This document shows, in pieces, positions 23,448-37,121 of a stretch of DNA of 64,000 nt (position 1 is the stretch's first letter; each line of letters starts with the position of its first letter). Below the pieces are notes generated by a model that saw only the letters and a list, made by a program, of their open reading frames with translations, did not search any database and had not been told where the DNA came from. Origin of the DNA: Rhopilema esculentum (Eukaryota); NCBI RefSeq assembly GCF_013076305.1, contig NW_027019299.1, forward strand, positions 9,808,265-9,872,264, given 5' to 3'. The position numbers and the translations under genes were made by a program.

Positions 23448-26400
23448 CCTCAAGTCGATATTTGTTCCCTCTTTATTAAAAACATTATATTGCTAGTTCC
23501 CTTGTTTAATTCATATTTTCTTGTTCTGATCTACCAGTTTTCATTAAAATTATAACGTAGAAAAAAGACAATGTTTGAAAATTTTACCGGCATATGCGCA
23601 TCAACATAAGGACAGAAGGGGCTGGGTCACATAAACTTAAGCAAACATTTCATGCAGGACAGTCTGCGTGAAATCTCGATGCTTGCGGCAATGCTGCCAA
23701 ATCGGAATCATGCTTAAACCATTGGCTTTCAGAATTTTTTACTGTTCGTGGACCGGGGCTTTCACAGACAGATGTCTCTGTGCTGTCCTTTGACCAAACA
23801 GCCCGTTAGGACGTTCACTTCTTGTGATCCCGCTGCAGTACAAACGGCTTTTTTGTGGACTGATAAATGAAATGATGTTGAGCTATACGTCAATCAGTCA
23901 ATCTTTAAGAATTTGGCAATGACAAAATAATTTTTTGTAACAAAACACGTTAAAATCTTCTCGATGCGCTGCGATTCTCTGTCCTACCGACAACATTGTC
24001 CCGCAGCCTTACACGTGACCCAAATAATCTTTAAGAAGTTTGCTCGTTTGTTGCCAAAGTTTCCAGATTGAATGGACATTTCTTTAGATACATGAAGTAG
24101 ACACTATTCTTGACTTTCAACTGAGTTTCCTTTAAATGATGTTAGCAATTCTAGTCTACGAGCCGAGGGCAAGAGGAGTATAGTCGTCTCAAGCTCAAAA
24201 TTTATCAAAAACTTTCGGAAGGTTCTTTGTCTTTTTGCTAATTTTGCTCTTTTTTCGATGTCGAAATTTTTCCTGCGGAAAATTTGTCGGAATCTTATAT
24301 ATTTAGCTCTCCTTATCTTGGCTACTGCCAAAAGACAATGGATTCAGTTGTCTCTGTACTTTTTGGACCAGTACCTTGGCTTCTGCAGGGTGACAGTGCT
24401 TTACATGGGGGCAAAGTGGGGCAGGCCTAGATCTATTGGATGGATGAGAAAAAAAAAATGCAGAATATGCTGTCCGCCGGATTCTTGACTGTATTTCCAT
24501 AAAGATTTGTGAGACCATGCATACGACCATACTCCATTAAAAAAGTAAACTTCATTGGGGGAAGAAATTGAATTCAAAATGAATTAAAATCTTGACTCTG
24601 AGATTATGCTTTGAAAAAATCTTGACCCTGAGATAATGAATTAGCAGCACACCTCCAAAACTCATCTACAGTGTTCATGGCCAAAAAAGGTTTATCAATT
24701 TCAACACAACTTTTGTGTTTGACTATGAAGGCAAATGTAAAGGTCCTTTCAGCAATATCGTTTCTGTTCTATAAATGGTTTCATTTAGGATACTGAACAC
24801 ATTTTGCTGCTCTTCAATGCTTATGGTACAAGTCTTCTTCTTGATATTGTGAAGACGATATTGCGACTTTATGCATTAATAAACCTTGAAAGTGACGTTT
24901 TATTGCAAATTATTCTACATTGTCACAAAAAGTTACCCTCAGATTCGAATACAAAAATTCTAGAAGCAACATTAAATTATACTCGGGCAACAGAAGAGTT
25001 TCATTACTTTGTTGTTTAAAGTATTCTCTCTTCTGTAATTTGTGTTTTCTTACATTTGCTCTGGTAGTGTAAATTTTGTATTTGCAATATTTTCAATTGT
25101 GAGTGCTAGTTGTTATATATCACAAGTAATTTTGAAATGTAATTTGGAGTCTTAATGTTCAATATTCTTGTCACGGGGTTGCTATGTATTTCTGTGTTGG
25201 TGGTTGTCAATTCTATATGAATATATGAACAATAGTTTTCAATTTACAAGAAATAAGATATTGAAAAAACTGCTCTAAGAGAATCAGTGTTGATCTGCCC
25301 TTTGTTAATTGGGGTCTGATATCGTTTCTTGTTGCTAGACTTCATCTTCGAGAAAAAGCTATTCCAGTTTCAAGTACTTCTTGAGGTTTGTTCCTTTACG
25401 CAGGAGAATGCATTTCAATTCGCTTCACAGCAAGAGATGCAAAAGCTTCTTGCAGATATAGAATGTTTCCAAGAAATTGCTTTTATGAATTTTTTTTCAA
25501 CCCTCTACTGCAAATGTCTCAAGGTCCAAGGGGGGCCTATTATAGGAGGACCAAAAGCCGCAGAACCGTGCAAAAATCAACTAAATGCCGCAATCCGCAA
25601 TGAAATTAAGCGCGAAGACGCGACCGCGATAGCAAAAGAGGCCCTATAAGAGGTTATTGAAATATGAATTAATTAAAGTTTTCGGGGAGAAAATATGACT
25701 ATTTAGATTTTTTGGTTTTGAAATAACTTTGGTTCCCAGTATTAAATATGAAATAACAAAATAACTGAATACATCTTTGAATGTTGTGTTAGAATTATCT
25801 ATTTGATAACAGCATTGACTCAAGTGACTTTTGATATGTAGAGTTTTTAGGAAACCATATTACGCCTGGGTTGCTCTTTTAAATTTTCCAAACTTTTTTT
25901 GGGCATTTTCTCACAGGAGGCGCTTAAAAGAAGAGGCGGCTTTTCATACTTCATGATTAGTAAAAAAGCCAATAGCATAGAATCTACCGCAAATTGTTTT
26001 GCCTTATATTATCTCATCAAAATAGACAAAAATACCAGATAAGATCATAAAAGTGTTTTTATCTACCTTAATTGTTCCACAACTTTATACTATGAATTCT
26101 TTCTAATACAACTAAACAACAGTATTGTAAACCATTTAAGTTGCAGGATTGATTTGCTGATAAAATCTGTCTTCTAAATTTTCAAATCTCCAAACAGATA
26201 TTGTCCATTTTTCAATCTTTTTTATCTGAGTCTAGTCATGTTTTCCGCGAGGTTATTCTTATTTTAAACAAAATAGACGAAGACTAGCCCCTTCAGGTTG
26301 TACCCTCCACGCAAAAGACTTCAGACTATCAGTTTTGGTACGTGTATGTTTTTCGAGTTTCTTTAGTTGTTCCCCAAAAACAAGTTGAGCAAAACAAAGA

Positions 26401-27591
26401 TGGATTTCTCATCCAGTGTCCTTAGATTTCCCTCAAAAGTACCAAAAGTCACCACAGTTCCAAAGAGAATCAATTCCCTATTTTTACCTAAGTACGGGGC
26501 CCTTTGGCTATTCCTGAACATATTCTTTACACATTTTCAATATTTTATCTGCAAAGTTTGGTTTTGAAGACTCAGTCCATTTTGTATGTGAGTCGGTCCC
26601 ATGTGTCCTGACACCTCCTAAAAACTTTCTACTTTGGGGGTAGAATGGAACATTTGACAATTTCGAAATACTTTACTTTGGTAATTTGAAATATGAATTA
26701 ATTGTAAGATATCATCATGAATTATGAAATAATGTCGTCCCCTCTTATAGGGCCTCGCAAAACATCACGAGACACCAAAAGCCATCTACTTGAAAAGGGG
26801 GATAAGAAGTAACTGTTTCTAATGGTCCTCACTATATTTCGCAGCAAGCTATCGTTGTATCAATCCAAACATTTTTAAACATCTTTTGACACATCAACGT
26901 GTTTGTACCCAAGCATTTTCCACATCCCAACTTTTTTTAAAATACCTAGTTTATGCAGAGCCACAACATTTTTTAATTATTAAAACTCGCATTTTTCTTG
27001 CTTTGAACAAAACTCAAGTAAACCAAAAACTTGATTCTTGATGAAGCTTGAGCGTTGCATTATTCTTAAACTATTCTTAAATTTCAGCGATTTAAAGCCT
27101 TAATATTCCTATAGACTATTTTCTTATAAAAAGTGTGTACCCTGAATCATATGAATGGATTAAAATTCGAAAAAAGCTAGCCCTACTCAAGCTCTACTGA
27201 ATAAATCGGTTATTGAACCTCACTGCGCAACCTGACTGTGCCCTGACTCTGAGCCGACAAGGAAGATAGTTAGATAGAAACCTTCTGGCATTTAAAAACA
27301 ATAGAAACATGCACGGACATTGGAAAATTATCTTTGTCTGCAACAGACTACAAAGAAACAACTACTTTTCAAATTTTCTGAAGGGGTATTAACTCAACAT
27401 CGACCTTTGATTGTTAACAATTTGTGTATGTAATATGTAATCTTGTGTTTTCAATTGCCACCGAGTGCCCCCCGTGTTGTTTGGCAGATTTGAAACCATA
27501 GAGTTAAGAACGCCTCTTGACTCTATGCTTGAAACCAAGAGAATACTCTGGCTAGGGCCCGTTTCCAAGCATATTCCTGGCTCGGTCGCAG

Positions 27592-27599
27592 TATATTTA
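27592..27599 (+). promoter_or_regulatory. TATA-like element (TATATTTA) of SLC46-like paralog 3
   Basis: ~75 bp upstream of the initiator ATG at 27673. Confidence 0.35.
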
Positions 27600-27672
27600 G
27601 AGCACTCCTGTGACGAAGAATGAGATGAAACAAAACTCTACGCTCAAATTTCAAGGAAAATAAGATAAAGCC

Positions 27673-27675
27673 ATG
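27673..27675 (+). CDS. SLC46-like paralog 3, first coding exon contributes only the initiator ATG
   Basis: gataaagccATG|gtaagtagg. Phase 0 joins exon 2 at 28954, giving M-DDVRIEPKT... Confidence 0.55.
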
Positions 27676-28953
27676 GTAAGTAGGCCACCTTTATTTTTCA
27701 GGGTTACCTTTATGAAAATCGATTTGATATCCACTCGATCTTTAAGCGGAGCCTGTCATTGTACAAACGATGTACGCGATCACCGTGAACCGTAACCTAT
27801 GTTGAAATTGTGCCATAAACAACTCAACTACATTGTTAATGAGGTCAATTACATTGTACTTTTATAATCCAGATGTTTTCTGGAAAATGATTCGGGACGA
27901 TGGGGGCTGTGGATATTCTTCTACAAGATTTAGGCAAAAAAGCTGATTTCTTTTAGATTAACCAACCAGAAAATGGTAAACTTTGCACAAAACGAGAAAA
28001 CAACTTGTACTTTAAAATAATTTGATTTCGATATGTTAACGCCACCGAGAGAAAATGATAATTGGCATTACAGATACAAACTTCCGGTATTTTGTTTACA
28101 TCGGATAAAAAATGCGCCCGGTGCTGGTCGGCGAAGTTCCAGGCTGAAAGCAAAGGGGTTCTTTATTTTAAGGAAATCCTGTTCAAAAAGGATTAGGAAG
28201 AGAGACGGAAATTTCATAGAAAACTACAGTTTTGTGTTTACCTAATGATAGACTGCTAGTATTTCTGTATTGCGAGAGGGCATAATTGCGTGAGCCTAAA
28301 ATTTCCGTGTCACGCTCTGCTATATTGTTGTTAAGTCGGCTGACTGTTTTGGTGTGTTTAATCTAGAGATCAACCCCCTTGTTAAAATTTAGACAGTTTT
28401 AGGGTCTCAGCAAGCGCATGTGTGGTTGGGTGAATTCCTTGACAATGTAAACTAGCCCTTCATTATTTTGCTATGGATTTTCCATGTATGAGCAGTTTCT
28501 ATCAGCCTTTCAGAGTTGGTGAATAGTTTGAATCATTTCATTTACGCAATAAAAAAAATTTAATACAAATGCAAGTATAGAGGGTGTTGTTTTGGGTATG
28601 GCTTCTAGAAGTTGCCTACAGGATAAACCCTCTTCCTATCCTTTTGTAACAGGCTCACTCTCTTGTCTATGTCACCAAATGCCTCTTACACTTTAGGAAG
28701 GCACCTCTGCAGATAGGCCACCCTTACATCCTATTGTTCTGGAAATAGAGCAAGGTGGACAGAGAGCTCCCTCTTATGGCACCACTTGTCGTGCCAAATG
28801 TCAGTTTTATAATGTATGACTTCCCAGTAGCTAAAATGTTTTAGGGATGCCTAAGTCTTTGTGTTTGCAAAATAGTTATCTTCAGGTATCAACTGAAAGG
28901 CCATTTTGTCTGTTCATTTGGCAGAAGTTTTATGTAACTTTTAATATTTACAG

Positions 28954-29199
28954 GATGATGTAAGAATTGAGCCCAAAACTAACCATGGAATTAAAGGCAT
29001 TCTCAAAGCTGTATTTACAGCCCCGGAATTGCCATTTTTCATGTATGTGTTTGGTATGATGCTACATATGCCACTTCTGCAGCAATATGCTTACATGAGG
29101 TTCAGTCAGGAAGAGAACTTTCCATACCACTATTCTGCAGCACACAGCACCTGTGGGAATCATCAACTAAACAAAACAATGAAGGCTTTGCAAGAAAAG
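28954..29199 (+). CDS. SLC46-like paralog 3, exon 2
   Basis: Acceptor atttacAG|GATGATG, donor AAAAG|gtattg. DDVRIEPKTNHGIKGILKAVFTAPELPFFMYVFGMMLHMPLLQQYAYMRFSQEENFPYHYSAAHSTCGNHQLNKTMKALQEK. Near-identical in nucleotide sequence to paralog 2 exon 2 plus ~70 bp of the following intron. Confidence 0.85.
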
Positions 29200-31292
29200 G
29201 TATTGTATTACAGTATGTAATGATATGAACAAGAAGGGGTTTCTAAAAATATTTCAAAAACCATAGTACAATTTGGTATTGGGATGAATCATAGTAATTT
29301 TATGAAATGAATTAGGGGGACTAATTAGATTGGATTCTCCAAGCCCCCAAAACCATTTGGTACTATAAACTTTTAACTCTTTAATTTGTGCCTTTGAGAT
29401 TATGACACAGGTTTTTGTCATTTTTTTTGCCCAACATGTCATCACTGCCATTGTTTTTTCTGCCACAAAAAACTGTCACTGTTATTGTGCAACATTCAAG
29501 TTTGTGATGAAGTTTGATGCAAAATTATTCTAAGCATCTAAACAAAGTATTTTTTCATTCAATCTTTAATAGGCCTTTAGATATATGTTAGGTTGATTTG
29601 ACCAATGATCATTACATTTCTTTGTAATCTTACCTTTGGGCAGATTTTTTATGTTACTGGCTTCAGCCTGTCATTAACTTTAAATTGTAATCATTAATGT
29701 CCATTTGGTTTGTAAACATCTGATGTTCAATTCTCATAAAGAATTTTCCTGTTTGGTTAAAAATTTTTATCTTTTTTATGCCTGAAGCAAATGTTGTAAA
29801 TGTATTATAAATGCTGAATCAAAGCAGACATATCATGTAATATTTAATGATGTTCAACAGTTTATACAATCCTGGAGGGCCACTCCCATACTTGACCTTC
29901 CTCTCATTCTTTACCTGATGGGATGTGCTGTGAGACAGGGTATCCTTTTTTCAATAAAACTTATGAGACGGGGTATTATGATATGCATCAAAATTATGAG
30001 ACAGGGTATTGAAATTAAGAAAAACTGCCAAGAACAATTTCAGTTACATTTGCTAATGGGAATTATCATGAGGTCTGGTATGTCTGGCAAAATTGTGCAT
30101 ATTTTTGGTACTCTTTTTATGGGACACTGTATGCTTTTTGGCAATTTTTTTTATAAGACAGGGTTAGGGTGCAAAAAGGTTTTCTGCACACCTTTGTCAC
30201 TTTCTAGTCAAGTGCCCCCTCTTCCGGTTACACAACTTATTAAACAATCAGCCCAATGGTGTCAGCGTTCTAGCAAACTCGATAACTCCAATTTTTTCGA
30301 AGAAATCAATGCAACCATCTCTCTCGTAACGAAGGCATCGTTAGCTATGGCAAATAACCAAATTTGCCAAATTTGTCTACCCATTATTCAAACCTGAAAA
30401 TGGGCATGTTTACTTTAATTTTAGAGAAAAAGTTAAAGTTTAAAATGATACGTTTTATTTTGCTGATTCTCCTTTCCTTTCTGCCAGCTTTACAGTACAT
30501 CTTTCTGCCAAAACCAGCTCTTTCAGCAGCATTTCATTTTTGGAAAAGAAATTAACGATTCACACGTGTTCGAAACAATCAAATTTTGTTTCTGTTTATA
30601 CAGGAACGCAATCTATCAGTTCCATTTTGTACGCGAAATGTGTTTCATATTCTGGACCAGTTCTCATGTCCACATGGAAACAGAAAGACTGCGAACCGCA
30701 CCACGTTTCGTATCACTTTTTATAAAGTTCTAAATTTTTGAAACGAGATGCTCGCGCTCCTATGTGAGCGTTCTAGCTACTTTCTGGAACGGAACGCAGG
30801 GCCTTCGCTAGCTATTGTGCTGGGGTGCTCAGGTCCCATTTCCTGAAAAGGGGCTGACTCTTCCTTTAATTGCTGGCAGTTCTGAAAATTTGCATATGAA
30901 GTATCTATTCATGGCAAAAATCCTTGTTTTCACGACGGGAAGTGGCGACCTTGAAGGAACGATAACCGATAGATTTTTCATGATGGCCAGATGAATTCAT
31001 AGATAAAATTTTTGCAGTCCTTTTACCCAATACAAAACTACACAAAAGGCAAGAGTTTGGGAAAAGCCAAGGAAGCCAAATTCTGCGAAAAATGGCGGAT
31101 CATTTTGAGATACATTATGTCCCCTGACCGAAGCATGAAGACAAAAGACTACAATCGTGTTCAGCAATAAACTAGTGTAAATTTGCTTATTTTCTGAGAT
31201 TTTTAGAAAAAATATTATTAACCATCAATATTTTTATTTATTTAAACATCGGCATTTCTCTATTTTTAGGCCTCTTTTATTTTCCTTGATAG

Positions 31293-31605
31293 GTGCAAGC
31301 AAAAAGTGCTGGCTTCCAGATAGGCCAAAGTTTGTGCAATACTATTCCATCCTTGGTTGTTTGCCTATACCTTGGAGTTTGGTCTGACAAAGTTGGCAGA
31401 AAGCCAGTGGTTATTCTGGGAACACTTGGTAGCCTTTTAGAAGCACTGGTTGTTCTTTCGACAATGATATTTGATCTTCCGATTCTAGTTGTCTATATTG
31501 GGTCTTTTTTAAATGGCATGGGAGGCTATTTCACCGGCCTCATCGTTGCAGTAATGGCCTACATTGCAGATACAACACAACCCGAGAAGAGAGCTCTACG
31601 ACTAG
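31293..31605 (+). CDS. SLC46-like paralog 3, exon 3
   Basis: Acceptor cttgatAG|GTGCAAGC, donor CTAG|gtattt. VQAKSAGFQIGQSLCNTIPSLVVCLYLGVWSDKVGRKPVVILGTLGSLLEALVVLSTMIFDLPILVVYIGSFLNGMGGYFTGLIVAVMAYIADTTQPEKRALRL. Confidence 0.85.
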
Positions 31606-31685
31606 GTATTTCTCCCATTTTTAAATGTTCTACAAAACAGGGCTCCCGGCGAAGCAAGGGGCAAGGGGGCCTCGATTGACTGAAC

Positions 31686-32425
31686 ACTCCAAGAACAGGC
31701 TGAATACCCCAAGAACACCCCCCAAGAACACCCCAAGAACACCCTAAGAACAAGCTATTAAGCGGCTGAACACCTTTTAAAACATATCAAAATCGGCATA
31801 TCATTCGAAAAATCATTTGGTCAATCAATCAAAATTAATTTTGGGGCGGAAAATATTCATTCCGCTTGCACTAGTAAACTAACTAGCGTGCACTAGCATA
31901 CCGTGACCACATAATAGTTAATTTCTATTCTATGTCGTGACCATTTGGGCAAATTAGCGGATGGGAAGAGCAATTGTTTGGAGGACAATAGGTAGTCAAA
32001 TGACATGTCGTATTTTTACATTGTCACTGGATGTGAGAGGAGAGATTTGAAAACAACGGGAAATTGCTTGAATGCACCATAGTCATAAAGGGAGTCGAAC
32101 TCGAATTTGCTCAGCGTGTACAAACCCCCGTTCACACTTTTGGCGCGCAAAACATCAGTTGATTGTAACAACATCAACATCATTAGACTTATCAGGCCCT
32201 TTCCCGCCCCAAAATTAATTTTGATTGATTGACCAAATGATTTTTCGAATGATATGCTGATTTTGATATGTTTTAAAGGGTGTTCAGCCGCTTAATAGTT
32301 TGTTCTTAGGGTGTTCTTGGGGTGTTCTTGGGGTGTTCTTGGGGTGTTCTTAGAGTGTTCTTGGGGTGTTCTTGGGGTGTTCTTGGGGTGTTCTTGGGGT
32401 GTTAAGCCTATTCTTGGATTGTTCA
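31686..32425. mobile_element. Foldback-type element: ~170-230 bp inverted arms with 10-bp subterminal tandem repeats (CCAAGAACAC / GGTGTTCTTG) around a ~350 bp spacer, in intron 3 of paralog 3
   Basis: 31740-31849 is the reverse complement of 32204-32310 (~97% identity). The outer ends carry 4-5 (left) and ~9 (right) copies of the 10-mer. ORFs 31559-31753(-), 32292-32546(-) and 32311-32598(+) are repeat translations (LGCSWGVLG...). Confidence 0.8.
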
Positions 32426-32821
32426 GTCTTTTAGAAACGACGGCAAGGGGGGCATGTCTCCAACTTTTTGCAAGACAGAACAGCTTTTTCGCAAAAACTT
32501 TTGCTTTAATTCTTACTTTCCAAATTTCGTCGGATGATGCAGCCAATGTTAAATGTTATGTTTTCGAGTACATATTTGTTTTACCTTTATCAAGATAAAA
32601 TAATAGAAGTAGTTCTATTCTTTTATCTTGCTTTTGCTATTTGAGTTGCATCGACCATATTCAAAAATTTTAAAGTTTGCAATAATGAGCAATGTGTGAC
32701 TGACTGGCTGATCATCTGTGATCGATCTTGGTAAACTTGCATGATGCCCCAAAATCATGATAATGTTGCCTGAAATTGATCCAACCCATTGTATTGTAAT
32801 GTGGTCTACTTGCTTTTCTAG

Positions 32822-33018
32822 GTGTTATGGAAGCTGTAGTGTTTATAGGAGCAACTGCCAGTAGTTTCATCGGTGGACATTTTATCAGCAAATATGGCTT
32901 CAAAACCCCGTACATTCTTGTTGTTGTATGCCAAGGTGTTTCCTGTCTTTTTGCAATTTTTGCACTTTCAGAATCAAACAAAAACAAAACAGTAACAACA
33001 GCCGGCTGTTTCACTATG
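32822..33018 (+). CDS. SLC46-like paralog 3, exon 4
   Basis: Acceptor cttttctAG|GTGTTATGG, donor CTATG|gtaagt. GVMEAVVFIGATASSFIGGHFISKYGFKTPYILVVVCQGVSCLFAIFALSESNKNKTVTTAGCFTM. Confidence 0.85.
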
Positions 33019-33454
33019 GTAAGTTCCATTCAGTTACTTCTTTTGAAAATTTGAAAATTCAGTTCCGTTTAGAGCGGTAATTGTGTAGCCCTGAGCAAAT
33101 TTCTATTCTGAAAAGAATCTTATCTACTTAACAACACAAGTTTAAGGGATAGGCAATAATATTTTCAATATTTACATACTAATTCAACATTCTTGTCAAG
33201 GCCTAGCCAATTAACGATTCGCTGTCATACAAATTGACGATTTTCTTTCAAACAAATTAGCGATTCCTTGTCATACATTCCTTGACATATTTTGATACAA
33301 TTTTGCCAACTCTAATCACTCATTTTTTTTATTGGGCTCTAGTGTTAAACAATTATTGATGCATATGTATCATGATTCTTTATAAAAACTTTCTGACAAT
33401 TAGGCCAGAAGAAATAAGACATCGTGGATTTTAGTTATTCTTTTTTCTATTTAG

Positions 33455-33806
33455 GCTTTTTTGAAGTACCCTTTTCAAGTATGGCAAACTCTTTCAAAGC
33501 CAAGACCTGGAAAATGGAAGATCGTTGTTCTTATTCCTGCCACACTTTTCGTTAACATGCTTTCAATTGGCATCAGCTCTTTGATAACGCTGTACCTTAT
33601 GAATGCACCGTTTTGCCTAAGCCCAATAGAAGTTGGATATTTCATCGGGACGCGTTTTTTTCTCATGGGTATTGGTGCAGCTCTTGGCATCAAATCTCTT
33701 GGCCTTTTAATGCAGCCTCACATTGTTTCATTGATTGGGATTATGTCATACTTTGCATTTTATACCTTGCTGGCATTCGCACAACACAAGCAAACAATCT
33801 ACATAG
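33455..33806 (+). CDS. SLC46-like paralog 3, exon 5
   Basis: Acceptor tctatttAG|GCTTTT, donor ATAG|gtatga. AFLKYPFQVWQTLSKPRPGKWKIVVLIPATLFVNMLSIGISSLITLYLMNAPFCLSPIEVGYFIGTRFFLMGIGAALGIKSLGLLMQPHIVSLIGIMSYFAFYTLLAFAQHKQTIYI. Confidence 0.85.
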
Positions 33807-34588
33807 GTATGATTTATAGCAATTCAAAGTTTATTTTTGTAATTTTTCCAGCAGAACTGTGAAGTTATCTTAATCTGTATAACAAAAAAGGAAATGACAT
33901 CATAAAACTTATTTAGAATTTTTGAATTTTGCAAACATGACCTGAAAGAACGCCTCTAAAAGGGCAAAATCAGTTAGATCTGTTAATGATTGCCCAAGAT
34001 ATGGCAACATGAGCAGGGGATATTGCCCCATCAAGCCACTGTCATGTGGCCTTGGTTCTTAAACTCATAAACCGGGCAAAAACAACAGTGATCATTTAGC
34101 AAAACATTGCTCTGTCACCGACAACACATCAGCCAATTTGCAATGGATTTAACTGATATTGCACATTCAATGTATTTCACCGTGCTCTTTCAGCTTATAT
34201 TGTCAAATTTTACAATTTCTAAAAATAGAGATGACGTCATCCTTTTGCCGCTGTAATTGCAACTACATCTTTATGTTGGCCATGTTAACGTTTTTACATA
34301 GCAAGTGACAGATTTCAGCAACATTTATTTATCGGTTCGCCATGGGGTGAGACCGTTCAGGAAATAATCTTCTTTAATAGATGGTAAATTTTAAGACTTT
34401 TCTTCTACAACTCTGTTTCTACAACTGTCTGATATACCATACCCTCTTCGGTAGAATCGATGTAAATGTGGAGTGGGAAGAGGGAAGGTTAAAAAAGCAA
34501 GGGGTTTAAGATTCCTCGTTCTAGATTTTATGTGAAAGAATATTCCCAAGGAATAGTGTATATCTGGCTAGATCTTTCTTTCCAACAG

Positions 34589-34672
34589 CTTGTGTTGCTG
34601 GGGTACTTTCCGGAACAGCTAGTCCGATTTTTCGCAGTATATTGTCGAGGGCGGTCAACCAAACTGAGCAAG
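34589..34672 (+). CDS. SLC46-like paralog 3, exon 6
   Basis: Acceptor ttccaacAG|CTTGT, donor GCAAG|gtaaat. (A)CVAGVLSGTASPIFRSILSRAVNQTEQ(G). Confidence 0.85.
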
Positions 34673-36393
34673 GTAAATAGACCAATCATTTGTTTTTCAT
34701 TTTTGCTGCTCATTATTGTCATAATCACCAAAATAATCGTTATTTTTATCGTCATCTTCATTTTAATCGTTAATCATCGTCAGCTCGAGCACATGATGCA
34801 GAGGTAAATTTCTAAACCTAGTGCTTAATTTTAAAGCATCTTCCCCAATCTTCATGGTGTATGGATAACTTTGTAGACTTTCTATATCTATATCATAAAT
34901 GGGTTACGCCAAACCATAAACGGACGAGTTATGTTGAATCAATGTTAAACGATACCAGCAAATCAGATTTATCGTAGAACCAATCTGTAAGAGCAGAGCG
35001 AGCCCGTAGCCAGGCCTTCTACGTAGGGGTGGCAAATACAGGCGAAGTTTAAAGTAAAGTTTTATGTAGGGAGGGGAGGAAGGGGTGCGGAGAGTTAGTG
35101 GAAACAAAGAAGCAAAAAAGTTGTAAAATGTCTTCAGAAATTAAACAACTTTCTTCCACTTAATTTCTATTCAGCTAGAAACATTTAAATGTTATGTTTT
35201 CCATCAAGATTTCATTTTTCAAACGCAAGATGTACAAGATCGTTCTTTCTCTCTGCCTGCAAAGATCTTCCCTGAGAGGAATCTATCCTTGTTTATGCAG
35301 AAAACAAGCATTTTTCAAACCAAGTCTCTATGAGTCACAGAAAACAAGTCTCTATGTGTTGATGTGAAGCCAACAGTGATTGCAACTTTTAGAAATTAAT
35401 AAAGAGCGAGTATCGGCTAGCTGAGCTCGCTTTCTGGCCACTTTAAATCTTTAAGCACTCGAGAGAAGATTAGCACACTGCTTGAAAAAAAATCACCAAG
35501 CTCCTTGAATGTTTTCTCCAGAATAAATTATTTACGCTGGATATTTGTATAGAGGTATCAAGGTCTCGTAATAAAAACTCCCAGTAAGCAATTTTCCTTC
35601 CGTCAGAGTTATCTTGACTCAAATTGTCATATCAATGAAAACGACGAAAAAGTCCATTGAGAAAATTGGAGAAAAATTCTCCGGGTGGCTCTCTTGCTCC
35701 AGGGGTGCCACCCCATGCCCCCCCTCTGGCTACGGACCTGAGCAAAAGAACAAAATAGAATAATACAAATTGGCTTTTTAAAATGGCTTAAGGATCACTT
35801 TACACAGGAATTTGAAAAAAATTGGATGTTTGTCTCAACAAACCCCCCTATACCTCATGGAAGATTTACGTGCGCTTCAGACTGAATACTATCGTCTACC
35901 AGTTAAAATTTCATAGCGGGACAAAGACTGATTATCATCTTAGGAAGCATGACATGTTTGGTAATGATAGTGAATGAAATGAATACCGCCGTGTCATATA
36001 TACCAAAGTACTTGTTTATATATATTCAAATCCTCACTTGACGAAGAATATAGGGCATTTCATTAAAGAAGCCATTAATTTGCGTGCGATTTTATATAAC
36101 GTGATTAAGATTTTGGCAAACTATTCTAATGAAACTTCATCACCTCCTGTTTCAAATTTTTAAGGTTCCTTCATCTTTAGAAATATGAAATGAATCTGTT
36201 ACGTTGCTTTTGTCAATATTGTTGTATTTAATTCAGTAAACTGCAAATAATTGATTTTGATAATGCTATTGTCTTCGTCTTCGCCATTGGCAGCCACGTC
36301 CAATTGACAATCATCACAAGTAGCGAATGTCTATTACAATTTGTGACTGATCGATTCTTAAACACAAAATTGTTACAAACATCTCCTTTTTAG

Positions 36394-36553
36394 GCGCTCT
36401 GTTTTCAGTCGTCTCTTCTCTAGAGATGTTGGCCGTTTTTCTTGGTAACTTTCTTTTCAACGCTGTTTATACTGTCGTCAATGGCAGTGGGCATCCTGAA
36501 TCAATTTTCTTTGTGGTTGTTGGTCTTTTGCTGTTACCGTTTCTCTTGAATTT
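36394..36553 (+). CDS. SLC46-like paralog 3, exon 7
   Basis: Acceptor cctttttAG|GCGCTC, donor AATTT|gtaagt. GALFSVVSSLEMLAVFLGNFLFNAVYTVVNGSGHPESIFFVVVGLLLLPFLLN. Confidence 0.8.
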
Positions 36554-36714
36554 GTAAGTATATTTATTATTGGTCAGCTCTAACTTCTCGGAAACTTAAG
36601 ACATATTCGTCAATCAAATTAAAATGCAAAGGAAAGTTGATGATATTGGCAACTTTGAAGGTCAGCCAAACCGTACTCAGTTTGTGGTGTCCTTGATGAT
36701 ATTGCGTATTGAAC

Positions 36715-36900
36715 TACAGTGTAACCTCCATCAACGGACACCTCTATACAACGGACACCTCCAAACAACGGACAGATTTTTGAGTCCCAAAACAAAAGTT
36801 ATAAAGAGATGACACCTCCATACAGCGGACACCTCTCTACAACGGACAATAACATTGGTCCCACTGGTGTCCGTTATATGGAGGTTCCACTGTTTATCAA
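36715..36900. repeat. Short dispersed/inverted repeat cluster (ACAACGGACACCTC units) in intron 7 of paralog 3
   Basis: Four or more copies of CGGACACCTC(T/C)A(T/A)ACA(A/G)CGGACA plus an inverted copy GGTGTCCGTTATATGGAGGT. Confidence 0.6.
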
Positions 36901-37121
36901 TAGTCTTGAAAAGAGAATAAAGCCCCATATATCTTGTTTTTGTTTTCGCACATATTTTCTTATCCAATACAATAGTTTATCTTAACTTATCAATCTAGTT
37001 TAAGTGCACATATATAACTGTAGAATTTGTTTCTCACTTTTTGTGATAGATGCAAGGTTTTTTCTCTTTTTCTTGCTATATTGTGTTTATGAAACCTGTT
37101 CATACTTTTCCTCTATCGAAG

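Noticed and set aside
25329-25649. 106-aa + strand ORF in the intergenic region between paralogs 2 and 3
   Set aside because: No splice-compatible context and no homology that I can recognise. Typical random ORF for this base composition.
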